A stretch of DNA of 63,927 nucleotides, filler included, from Collodictyon triciliatum (GCA_043381765.1; 5 parts of 5 records of this genome joined end to end with filler, not necessarily neighbours in it), one strand, 5' to 3'. Counted from the first letter of the whole stretch, positions 1 through 18,099 are shown. Notes: generated from the sequence alone by a model not told the origin. Numbers and translations are program-made.

Positions 1-81
1 CTGCACTTGTGCTCCCGTCAAATCGTTCTCTTCTAGTTCTGAAAAAAAAAAAGTTAAACGGGAAGGCTTGCTTGATACACT

Positions 82-145
<64 letters not shown>

Positions 146-219
146 TTTTATGTTTTTTTTTATGTTTTTTTATGTTTTTTGTGTGTTTTTGTGTGCCTGT
201 GGCTGTGCCTGTGCTCGGC

Positions 220-1093
220 ATGGACGGCAAATCCCTCAGCGACTCCCTCAGCGCGCGTCGCAGGGTCGGGGTCGGCGTGATCTGTGGATGGGGCAACTTT
301 CAGGGAGGCGGCTCGAGAGTGAAGCGAAGGGATGTTTAGCACGGCGTATGCGCAATGTGGTGGGGCGAATGTGTGGATGCGTGCGGGTGGGCCGACAGAC
401 CGCCGTGCGCTCCCGATCGGCGCCGCCCGTGGCCGTCAGAGCGAGGGTGCGGGTCTCGGGCAGCAGCGGCGAGTTCATGCGCGCGTGCCTCTGTGTGCTG
501 CGGCCGACTGCAAACGCCGCTTGTCGCGTCCGGTGGTTCCTTGTGCGTCTGCCTCTCGGCTCCTCCGGCTTTGCGGCTTTCCTGTCCCGTCGCTCTCGGC
601 GTCCTTCCTGCGTGGTTTTTTTCTTTTATCATTTTTTTTTATTTTTTTTTATTTTTCCCTTTTTCGATTCAAAGTTTCCTTCCTGTGTGCTTGATCGCCT
701 GCTTCCAAGTCGCAAACCGACACCAGCAAAGTCCACATGGAGCCGCCGTTGCCCTCTTTCGGGTATGAACGAGCAGAATCTCCCCAATTGGGTGCTTTTG
801 CCTCTTCTGGCGGGTCGCTGTTTTCCCTTACACGCTGCAACGCGCACTCATATTCTGCGCAATGCGCGCTTTTCTCGTGCTTGGCGTGGCCAGCCCCTCA
901 TAATCTCTACGTCGGGTACAAGAGGTGAAAATATTACATCCCCTTCTGCTTGCTCTTGGCTAGTATCGCTAACCTGTGTGCTTCAACCAAAGGCGACCTG
1001 GGCATAAACATCCGTTGCCACAGCGAAGTTTTGATTGAAAAAATGGTGGGTGAACGAAATCCTCCACCAGAAATACAAGCTGTGCTTCTATGA
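220..1093 (+). CDS. Possible small spliced hypothetical protein, or the 3' end of a gene entering from the left
   Basis: GT-AG joins give MDGKSLSDSLSARRR|SQTDTSKVHMEPPLPSFG|IANLCASTKGDLGINIRCHSEVLIEKMVGERNPPPEIQAVLL*. No family recognised. Confidence 0.3.
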
Positions 1094-1466
1094 TACCGCT
1101 AAAAAAAGAGGAGGAGGAAGAGGAAGAGGAAGAGGAAAGGGTAGATGGTTTGTGGCATCTGAGCGCGTGTATCCGAAGTATGCTGGTCGTTTGGACATTT
1201 TGTTTTTGCCAAGTTTTGGTGCTCGTGGGACTGGCAGAAATTTTATCAGAGCAAAAGGCAGGTGGTTTTCGTTTCATCGAATAATAGGGATGAGAGGGCA
1301 GAGAGGAGGGATGTAAAATGAGTTTGGAGGTGGATGCCGTGAATGCAAAAGGAGTATGAAGGCCTTCTCCCCGCGTAAGTGAGTTGGATGGTGATTCTGT
1401 ACCTATCGGAAATCCTGGATATTAAAAATGATGTGTGTGAGTTGGCCTATGCAAGTACTTCACCTA

Positions 1467-2728
<1,262 letters not shown>

Positions 2729-3047
2729 CTAGAATCCATGGGAAGTTCCCAGAAAATGGACATGATCATTAGTTTGGCGTTCGTAGTGGGACGAGGGAAT
2801 GTGTTTCTGAACAATGGCTTCGGCAATTTTGAATATCTCTCGACATACAAAAATATTCGATGCGAATTAATCAACTACTGAAAAGAATAGATATTGAGAG
2901 TGAAGGATATGAATTCAAGGGTCAAGATTATATTAAGGCTAATAAGAAGAGGCTGCTTTAGCGAGAGTTTCAGAACATCGGCGTGTAGGGAGACTGGGAT
3001 GAGAGCGTCCTGAGGCAGACAGCATTCACGTATCGTGCGGGGTGTTT

Positions 3048-3608
3048 NNNNNNNNNNNNNNNNNNNNNNNNNNNNNNNNNNNNNNNNNNNNNNNNNNNNN
3101 NNNNNNNNNNNNNNNNNNNNNNNNNNNNNNNNNNNNNNNNNNNNNNNNNNNNNNNNNNNNNNNNNNNNNNNNNNNNNNNNNNNNNNNNNNNNNNNNNNNN
3201 NNNNNNNNNNNNNNNNNNNNNNNNNNNNNNNNNNNNNNNNNNNNNNNNNNNNNNNNNNNNNNNNNNNNNNNNNNNNNNNNNNNNNNNNNNNNNNNNNNNN
3301 NNNNNNNNNNNNNNNNNNNNNNNNNNNNNNNNNNNNNNNNNNNNNNNNNNNNNNNNNNNNNNNNNNNNNNNNNNNNNNNNNNNNNNNNNNNNNNNNNNNN
3401 NNNNNNNNNNNNNNNNNNNNNNNNNNNNNNNNNNNNNNNNNNNNNNNNNNNNNNNNNNNNNNNNNNNNNNNNNNNNNNNNNNNNNNNNNNNNNNNNNNNN
3501 NNNNNNNNNNNNNNNNNNNNNNNNNNNNNNNNNNNNNNNNNNNNNNNNNNNNNNNNNNNNNNNNNNNNNNNNNNNNNNNNNNNNNNNNNNNNNNNNNNNN
3601 NNNNNNNN
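3048..3608. other. Assembly gap (N run)
   Basis: Run of N. Confidence 1.
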
Positions 3609-4161
3609 TCGTCAGTAAAGTAAAATAATAAAGAAGAAAGAGACATGACGAAAGAAAACGGCGCCCTCTGAAGAGCAGGAGTTGTTGGAATGATGTGTTG
3701 GGGAATGGAGGGTTTTCGCCGGGCAAAGCCAGCGTGTGCCATCAATGAAACCGTGATCGATCAGCGCACAAACCCAAAGATCAAAGGCAAAGAGAGGAAA
3801 CGCGTTTTCATGCGTTTTGACTTTCAGCTTCCTAGACAAGAAAGGGTACGAGTTTGGTGTAATTTGGCTATTTATTCCAATCCACTTTCATTTCTTTTTA
3901 CGGTATAAATTCCAGAACAGGTTTGCTAGTTAGAGGGCAAAGAGGATTCGCTCCGGCGCGTTTGCTGTTTCCTTGTGGCCCGCGGAAAGGACAGACAGTC
4001 TCCTGTTGCTCATAGATTCATGCAGAGTTTATCCGTAAAGGTGGAGTATGACGTTGATGTTACCCTGTAAAATAATTGCGATGTGTATTTCGTCTCATAT
4101 CAAAGATTCATTTATTTGAAAAGATTTGGAATGTCTGGCCTGGGCTAGGGTTTATGATTGT

Positions 4162-4754
4162 NNNNNNNNNNNNNNNNNNNNNNNNNNNNNNNNNNNNNNN
4201 NNNNNNNNNNNNNNNNNNNNNNNNNNNNNNNNNNNNNNNNNNNNNNNNNNNNNNNNNNNNNNNNNNNNNNNNNNNNNNNNNNNNNNNNNNNNNNNNNNNN
4301 NNNNNNNNNNNNNNNNNNNNNNNNNNNNNNNNNNNNNNNNNNNNNNNNNNNNNNNNNNNNNNNNNNNNNNNNNNNNNNNNNNNNNNNNNNNNNNNNNNNN
4401 NNNNNNNNNNNNNNNNNNNNNNNNNNNNNNNNNNNNNNNNNNNNNNNNNNNNNNNNNNNNNNNNNNNNNNNNNNNNNNNNNNNNNNNNNNNNNNNNNNNN
4501 NNNNNNNNNNNNNNNNNNNNNNNNNNNNNNNNNNNNNNNNNNNNNNNNNNNNNNNNNNNNNNNNNNNNNNNNNNNNNNNNNNNNNNNNNNNNNNNNNNNN
4601 NNNNNNNNNNNNNNNNNNNNNNNNNNNNNNNNNNNNNNNNNNNNNNNNNNNNNNNNNNNNNNNNNNNNNNNNNNNNNNNNNNNNNNNNNNNNNNNNNNNN
4701 NNNNNNNNNNNNNNNNNNNNNNNNNNNNNNNNNNNNNNNNNNNNNNNNNNNNNN
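4162..4754. other. Assembly gap (N run)
   Basis: Run of N. Confidence 1.
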
Positions 4755-4789
4755 CTTCATTCATGAATTTGGGTAAACATTTTTTTCTT

Positions 4790-7700
4790 TACCGACTTTG
4801 TCTGTAGGTTGAAAGTGATACAATGAAGGGCGCTCACCACAATTATTTCCGGTAAACCCTTGGGTGCAATAGCATGAAAATCCTTTCATTTTATTCTCAC
4901 ACGTACCATCGTTCAAGCATGGATTCGGAAAACAGAAATCTTTTTTTTAAAAAAACAAATAATGTTTTTACAATGAATTTGATTCTAGGTTTGGTCTTCA
5001 ATGATTTGTTATCAATGTGGCGTAAATCTGTTTTAAATTACTTATTGTCGGAGCTGGTATGCATTTTCCGAGGCTGCAATATCCCCCGGAACACGGAGCA
5101 CCATCAGGAAACGCGTAGCTTATCGGAACTCCTCCACTCGTAACAGAACGCAGGTTGGTACATTTCCCGATATTACAAAACTGCATGTGTGTCCATGGCA
5201 ATAAGGATAACCGACAATATATCGGTTGGATGATATCATTCTAAAGTGAAATATGAAATCAAAGGTCGAGGTATTACAATCGCAGAACAGGAATCTTGGA
5301 AAGGAGCACATCCGTATGTGCTTGTGATTCCATATCTTCCTAGTACTTGAGTACACGAACTGTTGTAAGTCTTACAAATCCCGTTCCAACATCCTCCTCC
5401 TCCGTTCTGGCACAGGATTCCTGGAGGTTGATACCTAATAGGAATCAAGATTTCCGGTTAATTCAGGATTAAGAAGGGAAAACAAAATAAAACATTCCAT
5501 CAAATATCAAATATCCAACATCTTTATCCAATCATCTTACTTATCATCTGGGCATTGGGGTGATGTTCCACTTTATTTAATTTGATTCGAATCATGTAAG
5601 AGTAGAAATATTTTATTTTATAAGCGAACCAAATATGAAGAATGTGACCACATTCCCCAAAACAAAGAATAAATATATATATATATCCCGTTGAAGGTAC
5701 ATGATTTACAGGGATTATTGGACCAGGAATATATCGCGTATGGAAAAGAGTGAATATCATTTGAAGTGAAATCAATTACTTGCAGATTTCTGGAAAATCA
5801 CAGAAGCCATCACGAGCACCACGACATACTTTGTTTTCTTTCTTGGTCGAAATTTGACAATTTGTGCAGCAAGGAGATCGTTGACTATTTTATAAGTGCG
5901 ATGAGTGTGCTGAACTTGGACTACCAAAAGAGGAGATTCAAAACCAATCGAACACGTTTGTATAGATATGAAACCTGCACGTAGATGTCGGTTTTAGCCT
6001 GCAAGTTGAGCCATCACAACAAGGGTCAATCGAATCTGAGCAATCAGGCTTTCCGCAATCACATTCTTCCGCTCCTTCAACAAAGCCATTACCACATGTT
6101 GGTGCGCCATATACTTGTGTTGGGTCTATGTCATTTTAACTTTCAAAGAAATTACATCCATGAAATCTGTAGAATCTTGGTCAAATAGGTTATGAGGCAA
6201 TATCATTTTTAAATTTTACTATTTTTGAGGCAAGAAAGTCGCCCGTCAATATTTGTGGAAATGAACGCTGACATAGAGTTGTTGGAGCACGAGGAAAATT
6301 GCGTTACCTACCAAAGACTGTATGAGACAAATTTCGCATATATAACCCCCTATTCAACTCTTTTTTTTATGATTTTTTTTTTTGGATTGTAGAGTCAAAC
6401 AATCACTAATAGTCTAGTGAATTCAAAAAAAGCATCCTTACAGGTGCACAGTTCATACAGGTTACTGCTTGCATTATGAACCCAGACTTTGAACAAGAAG
6501 ATGAGACTCCCTGTGAATCGTGGACGAGATTGAAGTTGTGTCCTATTTCATGCTATTCGTGTTTTTTTCTCTTTTTTAGTTGTTGGATATTTTGTATGGG
6601 AGAACTATTTAACACTTGTAGAACAGAAGAAAACTATTCTTGTAGCTTACAGTCAGTGTATTCGCTGTGACATGGTCTAAAGCTGTCATCATTTCCACGC
6701 CTACATGATAAAAGGAAAAAAATGCCTTTACAAAAGGGCCATGAATTGGTGGTCATTAACGCACTATTCTTGTAATTGAGAAAGTCCTTATTTCTATGGT
6801 AAACCCCTTATTTACCAACTGCTCCTGCTCCGCACATTGTACCTAGTCCGGCTAATCCCACTGTTGATCCAGAAAATGTGAGCCCTATTTATTTGTGCAT
6901 GATTAAGGGTCATGCATCGCTAGAGAATCATCCGACTGCTGAGCTACGCATACCACTTTGAATGAAATTGTCCATATGATTATTCTTGAATTAATCAAAC
7001 CTGAAATTAAGTGGGCTGCATCGTTATTGCGATAATTGGTATTTCTCCATGCCCTCCAATTTGAAAGTAGTGTAGCTGAACTATTTGAAAGATTACAACC
7101 AGGCATTCACTTCAAAGGGTTGCCATGGCTAACTTAAATTAAAAACTTACTTGTTGCTTATTTGAAATGGCTCTCCGTATATAAATGTTATCTGGGACTT
7201 TAGGGTGATAGAGATTGGAGGAACAAAAGAGGCATTTGAGAATCTCAGAGATACAATGTTAATCAAGTTTGCTGTATTCATCTCTGTATTTTCCTTTAGC
7301 GCGGTATACCTTGCCCTTTAGAGAAAAATATATGAATTTTTTGTTATGTCTTGATTATAGAAACACTAGGAAGTGATAAAACATGTCATATCACAGCATG
7401 CAATCAAGTGTAGCAGGGTACCTATCATTACCAATCGCCAATTCCACGTACAGTGTGTTTGATACTGTTCTGGCTGACATGCTACTTATCTCAAGTCCAT
7501 CGTTAAACTCTCTGGGGAGTCCAGGCTCGGTACCGCATTTTCCGAATATTTTCTTGATTTACATTACGTTATAACATTATTGCATTAATGATAGAATATT
7601 GCTGTAAAAGCCATAATTCAGAAAAAGTGTTGCTGTTATTTTTCTCACTTGATTTTGCTCTCCCATCTTGGTTATGATGTGCCCACCAACACTTAATTTT

Positions 7701-8697
7701 TGAAGTTTGTCAAGTCCAACTTTACTAGATGGTTTGATTGAATACTCATTTCGCCCGTCAAAAACAACACCTTCCTGATATTAGAAATTTTGTCAATGTC
7801 GACGTTTTCACATGTTTGAATCTATTTGCTCTAGATTTCCATATACTCATGTTAAATTGCAAACTGTAATTCATCACAATTGATCAATTTATTTATATAT
7901 ATAATGTTACAATTCCGTTGCATGTGCTTAAGGCAACACCTCCTGTACGCACATCTCCTTTCTGTACGATTTGACCCTAATATAGCATTTGGATTCAATA
8001 TATATGTATATGCATCTTCTCTTCAAACACAAATACCAGCAGTATTGCATAGTGATATATTTTCATATCTTTACAAGATGAATACGCACCTGGTAAAAGC
8101 AATTTTCCCTTTGATACACTTTTTTCAATTTTCCTACTCTGTCTGTTCTGGATTCCACATAATCTGTAGCAAATAGTTTTTGATTGACTTGCAGAGACAA
8201 GTGGAAATCTTGGCTGAAAGCGTGAAACATCAATTCGATGGTGTCCTCGTGGATGGGTATGCTCTGTATGTCATTTTTACATCGGTCAGCTTTAATTGGA
8301 TTTTATCTGAAATACAAGAAAGATGATTTTATATGGGATAGACCCCTTTCTTGGTAAAAAAAAAAAATTGATGGTTTATCAAATTCTTATGAGTATATCA
8401 TGTGTGAACCCTTGTAACAGCACCAACTTTTGCATTCCCGAGCCTTGTACTTAACGTTTTGGTCATTTTCCCATTACTTATCATGAAGATGTCAACCTCC
8501 TCGGATAGAGCACCTTTTGTGTGTGAGAAGGATTTGATTGGAATATGTAATATGGTATATGTTGAACTATGTATGTGCGCTTTCTTTACAGAAAGCTCAA
8601 GAAATTCGTTTAAAGTGGATAAACTACTACCTAGGGAACAAGGAACCACCAGGAGTGATACGAGACTAAGTGCTAGGATTGTAGAGACTGTCTTCAT
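4790..8697 (-). CDS. ADAM/reprolysin (M12B) zinc metalloprotease with signal peptide, prodomain, catalytic, disintegrin, Cys-rich and EGF domains; 3' end runs into the gap
   Basis: Signal peptide MKTVSTILALSLVSLLVVPCSLG; prodomain FHAFSQDFHLSLQVNQKLF; Cys-switch-like KCGT; DAAHLISG...TVGLAGLGTMC; zinc motif HEIGHNFNLVHD (6552-6517) with Met-turn FIM; disintegrin CGNGFVEGAEECDCG...DPCCDGSTC; PDGAPCSGGYCSLGKC; EGF CYCTQGFTGNNC. Confidence 0.9.
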
Positions 8698-9557
8698 AAT
8701 TGAGAATAGGCTATAATGTGCGAAGAGGTATATCCTATAAGAAAATTCGTAAACAAAAACATATTATCAGTGTATGTTTAACTCTCGGAAGTGGGTAGAG
8801 CTGCGTCTGTGTAGATAAAGCTGACTTTTGTTTGGTTGAGGGGTGCCGGTGTCTGTTTCATCAAATATATATATATTGTGATGTCGCATTTCTTGTCCGT
8901 GTGATTGAGTTTAATTTTAATAATCAATGTGTTCCAAGTTAGCCGCATAAGTTACACCACGTATATTTTATGAAATCCCTTTATATACCCACAAAAATTC
9001 GATAGATTGAAGAAGTATTGGGTAGTTGTTGGAGTAGATTTTGTTGATTCAGAGTGAACGTGGTCTATATTAAGGCTGGAATGTTCATGGTGGCTTGATT
9101 AAAATATCAACCATGCATACGAATGAAATCAGTTCAAATCTGGGAGTCTTTATATTAGTTCCTAAACATAGTCTTCACATTAAAAAAAAAAAATAGTCTT
9201 CACACTTGATATGCTTTGCAATTTTGCGGCTGAATAAGTTTTGGTTTGAATGGAACATAATGGCTCAAGCATCACTCATGCGAACATGATTTATCTCAAA
9301 TGATATTCTTAAATGGACAAGAGCTTCAATTAATGTGTAAAAAGAATATACTTTGAATCGAATAAAGGAAAAAAAATGTGTAAAAAGAATAACATTTTTG
9401 AATTTTGAAATATATTAACCGTCTGGATTACGTCAAGGTGTGTAAGTTTATCTTCTAGAGTAAGAATGCAAATAAAAAAAAAAAGGCTTCTCCAAAAATC
9501 CTGAATTTAGGGGCAAAATACATAAACGGTCAGTTTGATTTATTGGTTAATCCTGTT

Positions 9558-12109
<2,552 letters not shown>

Positions 12110-12661
12110 GGCGGGAGAAGAAGTTGGGCACACGCGGGCCGCCTTGTTTTTTCTGCAAAAGGTGCAGCAAACCAGTAAGCAAGCAGGCATGTGGGAGCGA
12201 AGCCAAACGGAAACGGCGCGCTGGCGGGCAGAAACGACGGCGGGCTTCTGCTCTTGCCTCGTCTTATTTCGCCCTTCGCGGTCTCAGGAAATCAGATTTA
12301 TTTTGTTCAAAGACTCCGAAACTGGTTCTCCATATGTGGATAATAGATTTTATAATATTTTATTTTGAGATGTGGCAACAGAAGCGTTCTAAAATCAGCC
12401 GATACAGTGCAAACTCTATTAATCAGTAATAATTTAGTAAAATCATAGGAGTGTGCGTTGCGTGGTTGTGTTTCTTGCAACTGGCGCAAAACATGAATGT
12501 ATCATAAATACCTTTCGTACATTTGTGGAAATTATTCGCCCGTTACAGATTTGCCCAATGCAGCCGTTGCGCTTCGCCATGTCCCGCACCTGGCGCTTCT
12601 CCAAACAGATGCTGGCATCCTAGACCAAAACCCCGGCCGTGTGCGGAGGACAAGCAGTGGT

Positions 12662-12845
12662 AGAGAAGAAAAGAAGAAAAGAAAAAAGAAGAAAAGAAAA
12701 AAGAAGAAAAAGTATGAAAGAAGAGAAGAAGAGAAGAAGAGAAGAAGAGAAGAAGAGAAGAAGAGAAGAAGAGAAGAAGAGAAGAAGAGAAGAAGAGAAG
12801 AAGAGAAGAAGAGAAGAAGAGAAGAGAAGAAGTATGAAAGAGAAA
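12662..12845. repeat. GA-rich purine repeat between the divergent CWC24 and membrane-protein genes
   Basis: (AGAAGAAG)n-like tract. Confidence 0.9.
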
Positions 12846-12888
12846 GTCCAAAGCCCAGCTCACAAGAGAATTCGCCGACACAGACCCG

Positions 12889-15800
12889 ATGAGCCTCGGA
12901 TCACACATGTCCCGCAGAGCGCGCCCAGCGAACGAAGGTGAGCCGCAGAGCCCGAACCACTCCGCGCCGGGCCATGAGAATCAGAGTCAGAATCAGAGTC
13001 AGAATCAGAGCCGGACGCAGAGCCGGACGCAGAGCCGAAGCCCCGGCCTCCGGTGGGAAAGTCTGACGCGCTGGTTCCGCTCGCCCCGCACAGAGCGAGA
13101 GCCGAGCACAGCCTCTCTGCCCGGGTATCATTCTAATTCATTGCGATCCTTGCAGAGCCAAGGCCCTATCAGATCACAAAGTCAGCTCCATAGGTGACTG
13201 CATTATCTGCGCATTTTCATGCCCCTTTCCCTCCGCCGTCCCTCTCCTTGCCACCGCAAAAGACTCAGGCGACTGCCGACTTCCTTCGTCCTTTCTTTGA
13301 TATCTCTGCATTGTTTTCTATGCTTCTCCCAAGCGCACAAACCACCATGCGATATACCACTCCCATCATGGCACAGAAAACAAACAGTAATATTGCCGGA
13401 GTTTGTTTCCCCTGTTTCCGAACCATCGCTCTCCCTTTTGTCATTGCCCTGCTCCCTTTACATGCTTCATAGAGTTGCTTGGCAGAGGTGCATGCACAGT
13501 CACATATGATACGAGAATACTAACTTGAATTTCCTTCCATATTTTCTCATCTTTGTTTCTCTCTTGTTCTTCTCTGCCTTGATACACAACCCCTGCACTG
13601 CTGGCACTGTGAATCATTTCGGCTGACTTTCAGAGTAAAGTCCATCGCAAAAACTGTTCGGGCATCAGCAAACCAATACTGGCAAGAAAAGTTTTTCATT
13701 TTTGCAGAGTATCTTCAAATGTTTTCTGTCGTATATGCATTGACGATCACGAGATGGGGTTGGCCGATATGGTAACCAATCTTTCTGTCATAACCATTTG
13801 CTTTGAAGTTCCTTATATTATCATCATTCTAGCTTCGCTATCCGAATATTTTTAAGGCATAATAGAGAGGGAAATAATGAATCTATGATAGCTTAAATTT
13901 ACATTATGTCCAAACCACACTAAATACTCTATCCCATCAACTTTTCCCACTAATTACACTGCTATCCAAATCAAGATTTCAGCCATCAACATATCAAATC
14001 TTTCCCTATGATGGGAATCACAATTTAAATATGAGAATGGTCACTCTCGAACGACCGTCACTTTTATTGAGCTCCTTTTTACTTTTACAAATTTAACCTC
14101 AACAGGTGGAAAGTAAAGGTGAAATGGGTTGTTGTGTTCAATCTAGACTTTTGGACCCTTCTGGATGGTCAACCTGGAGTCAATTACCACAAATACGTGC
14201 TAATATGGTGCTTTGTGCCCATTACCTTGGCTCTACTTTCAATTATATGGAATCGATGTTATCCTGATTATGAAAACGTGGACGACCAAGTAATCAAAAG
14301 TTTAGCACCAAGGCTTACGCTCGCAACAGGTTTTTCTCCAGTTTTGATTCTTTATTTCAGAACAGAGAAATCAATAGAAATTGTAATTCATGCGTAAACT
14401 CTCCACCACACAATGCCCTCGACATTGACATGTTGTCATACTTTCTCCAGGCCGCTTGCTCCTGATTCCATATATGCTTTCGGTTTTCAGACTTCTTGAA
14501 TGCAACAACGGGAGACTCAGAGCAGAACCATCGAGTACGTAAATCAATCTATGTGAGATATTATACAACACATTCAAAAGTGAATACATTAAGCATATGA
14601 TACACATAGCATCTTGCCAGTTCGAAAAGACTGAGTTCTTCCATCTGCCACACACACACACACACAGACACATACACACACCTCCTATTCCTTATTGTAT
14701 TATCTTTGAGTAATTGAATAGCGTTCTAGAACATGATCACACTCCAGAAATCATACATTCGGAATTCTTTAACATTAATAGATCAATGCTACTTGGAATC
14801 AATTGGATTCATCCACATTTTTGCTCTCGTAATAACGAGTATATCATTCTCTGGATTCCTGTATCCATATGTAAAAACCGCACTCAAAGTTCAATCTTTT
14901 TCATCGCCTCAACGATACGAGGATTTCCTTATCACCAAAGAAGTGAGATAGTAATAGATACCATTTTTCAGTTTTCAGCTGTTATTTTTTGTTTTGTTAT
15001 TCTTTGAAATTTGTCACTCATATTAAAGCTCTTAATAAAACACAAATCATCGATATTCACTGACTCATAATTCTGGTGCCATCGAAAAAAAAAACTAGAT
15101 TGAACTCCATCTCAAACTATCGCATTCATGGGCTTCACACAATTATTTTACAATAAGTTCATATTCTCACCGTTGGGTCTTCTATCCTGTAATTTTCAAT
15201 TCAATACATATTCAGCTAAGACTGGAAATATCCATTTTAGTGTTAATTTCAGATAATTAGGGACAAACACCGATATGCGGCTTTTTTTTTTAAATCTTTC
15301 TGTTGTTTGAATCTTGTGTATTAAATCCACACCAACATAGGTTGTAAATGCAATTTTACGAGTTGCATTTATTCTCTTTTTGTGTTTGATTCATGGGCAT
15401 CAAACTCAATCTATCATAGCATTTATTATTGCGTTTACACATTTTGTATTGTCGATATTTCCGTATCGCTGTATGTCTACAAACTTTGTCTCAATTTTCA
15501 TGAACGGGTTTGTAGTTTCTGTCGGTTTTCATACCTTTTATATTTGTGTGAACTTTCATTCATATATTTTTAAAAGCCAAAGTTAACACGTCAATCGCTC
15601 TGATATTCAGCATCATTTTTTTAAAAAAAATAATTTATGCCTTAAACTTTAGAACTATGGTCTCATACATTGTATTTGGAGCCTTTTTAACAGCTGAAAT
15701 ACAAAGTCCATATCTTCTTGTTCCGTTGAGCACCAAAATCTTGACGGCTATCCATATTGTTGGGAGTGTTTTGGCTGTATCTTCAATTTTTGTGGCCAGA

Positions 15801-17283
15801 TATCTGGGAGGAGGTTAGATTTCTGCTCTACAAACGATTGACATGTTTTTAAATCTAATTTAGGTTATTGTGACACTTTGGTCACCTTTTTCTTTAATCT
15901 ACTTGATTATACACTGGGCAATGTATCACGCTTTATGCCGACCGATACTTTTTTTAAACACTATTTCTATATTTAATTACTCGGTTTGGTGGATTGTCTT
16001 TTTCGAAAGTCCAGTCTCCATTAGGATTTTTAACCTTTTTCGTTCTTTCATAATTTATATTCTCTTTTCAATAACTTTTTTAAAAAATACCCATTTAATA
16101 AGAAATCATAAAAGAATTATGATTGAATCATTTTCTATTTTTCATTAAATTTGCCGCTACAATTTAAAAATCTTAATTTTTCTGACCATAGGATGGCCTC
16201 TGTCCATGAAGCAGGTTGAAAAATATGAAAGAAACAATCGGGCGATGATACGAACACTCCAAGAAGGCATGCTTATGGCTAATTCTCTCAGCAGTGGTCG
16301 CTTTATGTTTGTCGACCCAGAACACCTTAATTCCCTTATCAACCGGCTTTCTCACTATGGCGAAAGCTCAAACACTTACCTATCTCCCCTTCTTAACGAA
16401 GTTTGGTTCCAGCTAAACTCAAAGTACAGTGAAGTAAGACCTATGAAAGATCTTCCATACCAAAACTTTGTTCTCTCCATGACCTACGAGCCCTTAAAGG
16501 TTTGGCGCTGCATGGCTTCATCTTTTGAACATTTATATCATCAATAATATCGCTGTAGTACATGGTGTATTAACCAAGATAATTTATCTCTACCTTTTCA
16601 TTTTTTCTTAAAAAACATGAATTCTGGGATAAAAAACAAAAAAAATATGCAAATGTACTATCATAAAGTTCTTTGCATTTAATTTTTAATTACCTTTTTT
16701 TTTTGTTTCATCTAAAATAACACCACAAATTCTTATGGATGCGGACAGGAAATCATGAGCGACTTTGTTGCCAGGATAAATGACAGAGATTTTGATCTCC
16801 TGCTGATGGACAAGCGAATGAAACGAATTCTGCTAAAGCTATATACTGTCAGGGTTTTCATGAATGGGAGGAAACTATCGTATCTTGACTTGAACAACCC
16901 AGCGGTCATCCACTCCCTATCACAGCCTGTTTCCGAAGTGGCAAATGTGAAGTTACCTGGCCGCTTACTGTTAGTCTTATTTTGTGTAACATATAGTTAT
17001 TTTATAGCAAAATGATTTACTTTATACATGTCTATATATCACAAAAGTATATTCTTAATTCCTATTATTTATTTTTGCTCTCTATTTTATTCTCCAATTT
17101 TTGTTTTTACTATTAGTTATTGATTCTGTTTCACTAATCGTCGTATTCGCACTGAACAAAGTGTCCATCCTTTTCTTTAAACTTCATAGACAAATATCTA
17201 CTATGATAACCACAATTTTCCTTCACTCCATTTGAGACAGTAATGACGGAGCTGATTTATCCTTGCGTTAACCCTACTTCAAC

Positions 17284-17360
<77 letters not shown>

Positions 17361-17518
17361 GTATTTACTCTATGTATCTTCTCATTATTATTTTTTTATA
17401 GCGAGAAGTCCAAACGAGTTCGAATCGTAGATGATGACTCAGATGGGAGCACGCCATCAGAATCTGAAATGCGCGAGGTTGAAAACACAATATCTTCATA
17501 TATGGATTCGATTGATAC
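12889..17518 (+). CDS. Uncharacterised multi-pass membrane protein, multi-exon, truncated at contig end
   Basis: In-phase splice ...STASLPG|VKSIAKTVRASANQYWQEKFFIFAEYLQMFSVVYALTITRWGWPIW|WKVKVKWVVVFNLDFW...; several hydrophobic exons, then soluble exons (DFDLLLMDKRMKRILLKLYTVRVF). Exon 1 contains 12-bp repeats encoding NQSQ/SRTQ. Confidence 0.65.
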
Positions 17519-17618
17519 NNNNNNNNNNNNNNNNNNNNNNNNNNNNNNNNNNNNNNNNNNNNTTAATTAATTAANNNNNNNNNNNNNNNNNNNNNNNNNN
17601 NNNNNNNNNNNNNNNNNN
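17519..17618. other. Artificial contig linker 44N-TTAATTAATTAA-44N
   Basis: Identical 100-bp spacer with stops in all six frames; occurs four times. Confidence 0.97.
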
Positions 17619-18099
17619 AAAAACAAAAACAAAAAACAAAAAACAAATTCAAAGACAAAGACAAAGACAAAGACAAAGACAAAAACAAAAAACAAAAAAC
17701 AAAAAACAAAGACAGTAGTCTACACTCTTTTTCTTTTTCCCATCGACAAAGTCAAATACAACAAAACAAACCAGAAAACTAAATGTTTCCACACGCAAAA
17801 CTTTCATATATCCACCGCCCCCACTAAAAAATAAAAGTAAAAAAAAAAATTTGGTATTATTATCTACATAGTAAAAAGATTATAATGCGACAAAAAAAAA
17901 AAAAAAAGGAAAATAAGAAGCGGAGATTCTGTCACTTTCGTATCACTGAAGTCCCACAAAGTGAAATACCGCTTCTGCTCCTTCTTCTTCATCTTTTTGC
18001 CGCCTCTCCCTTTCTCACCTTGTCTCCAGTCCAGCATCAAAGCCGAGCCCTTCTCTTGGGGAAAAGTCGCCGTCTGTGAGGAAAAGTCGGCAGTGAGGA

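Noticed and set aside
2875-4807. Long ORFs composed mostly of X
   Set aside because: Artefacts of translating N gaps.
17563-17574. Recurrent palindrome TTAATTAATTAA as a biological element such as a piggyBac TTAA site
   Set aside because: It is always centred between exactly 44 Ns on each side, so it is a synthetic linker.
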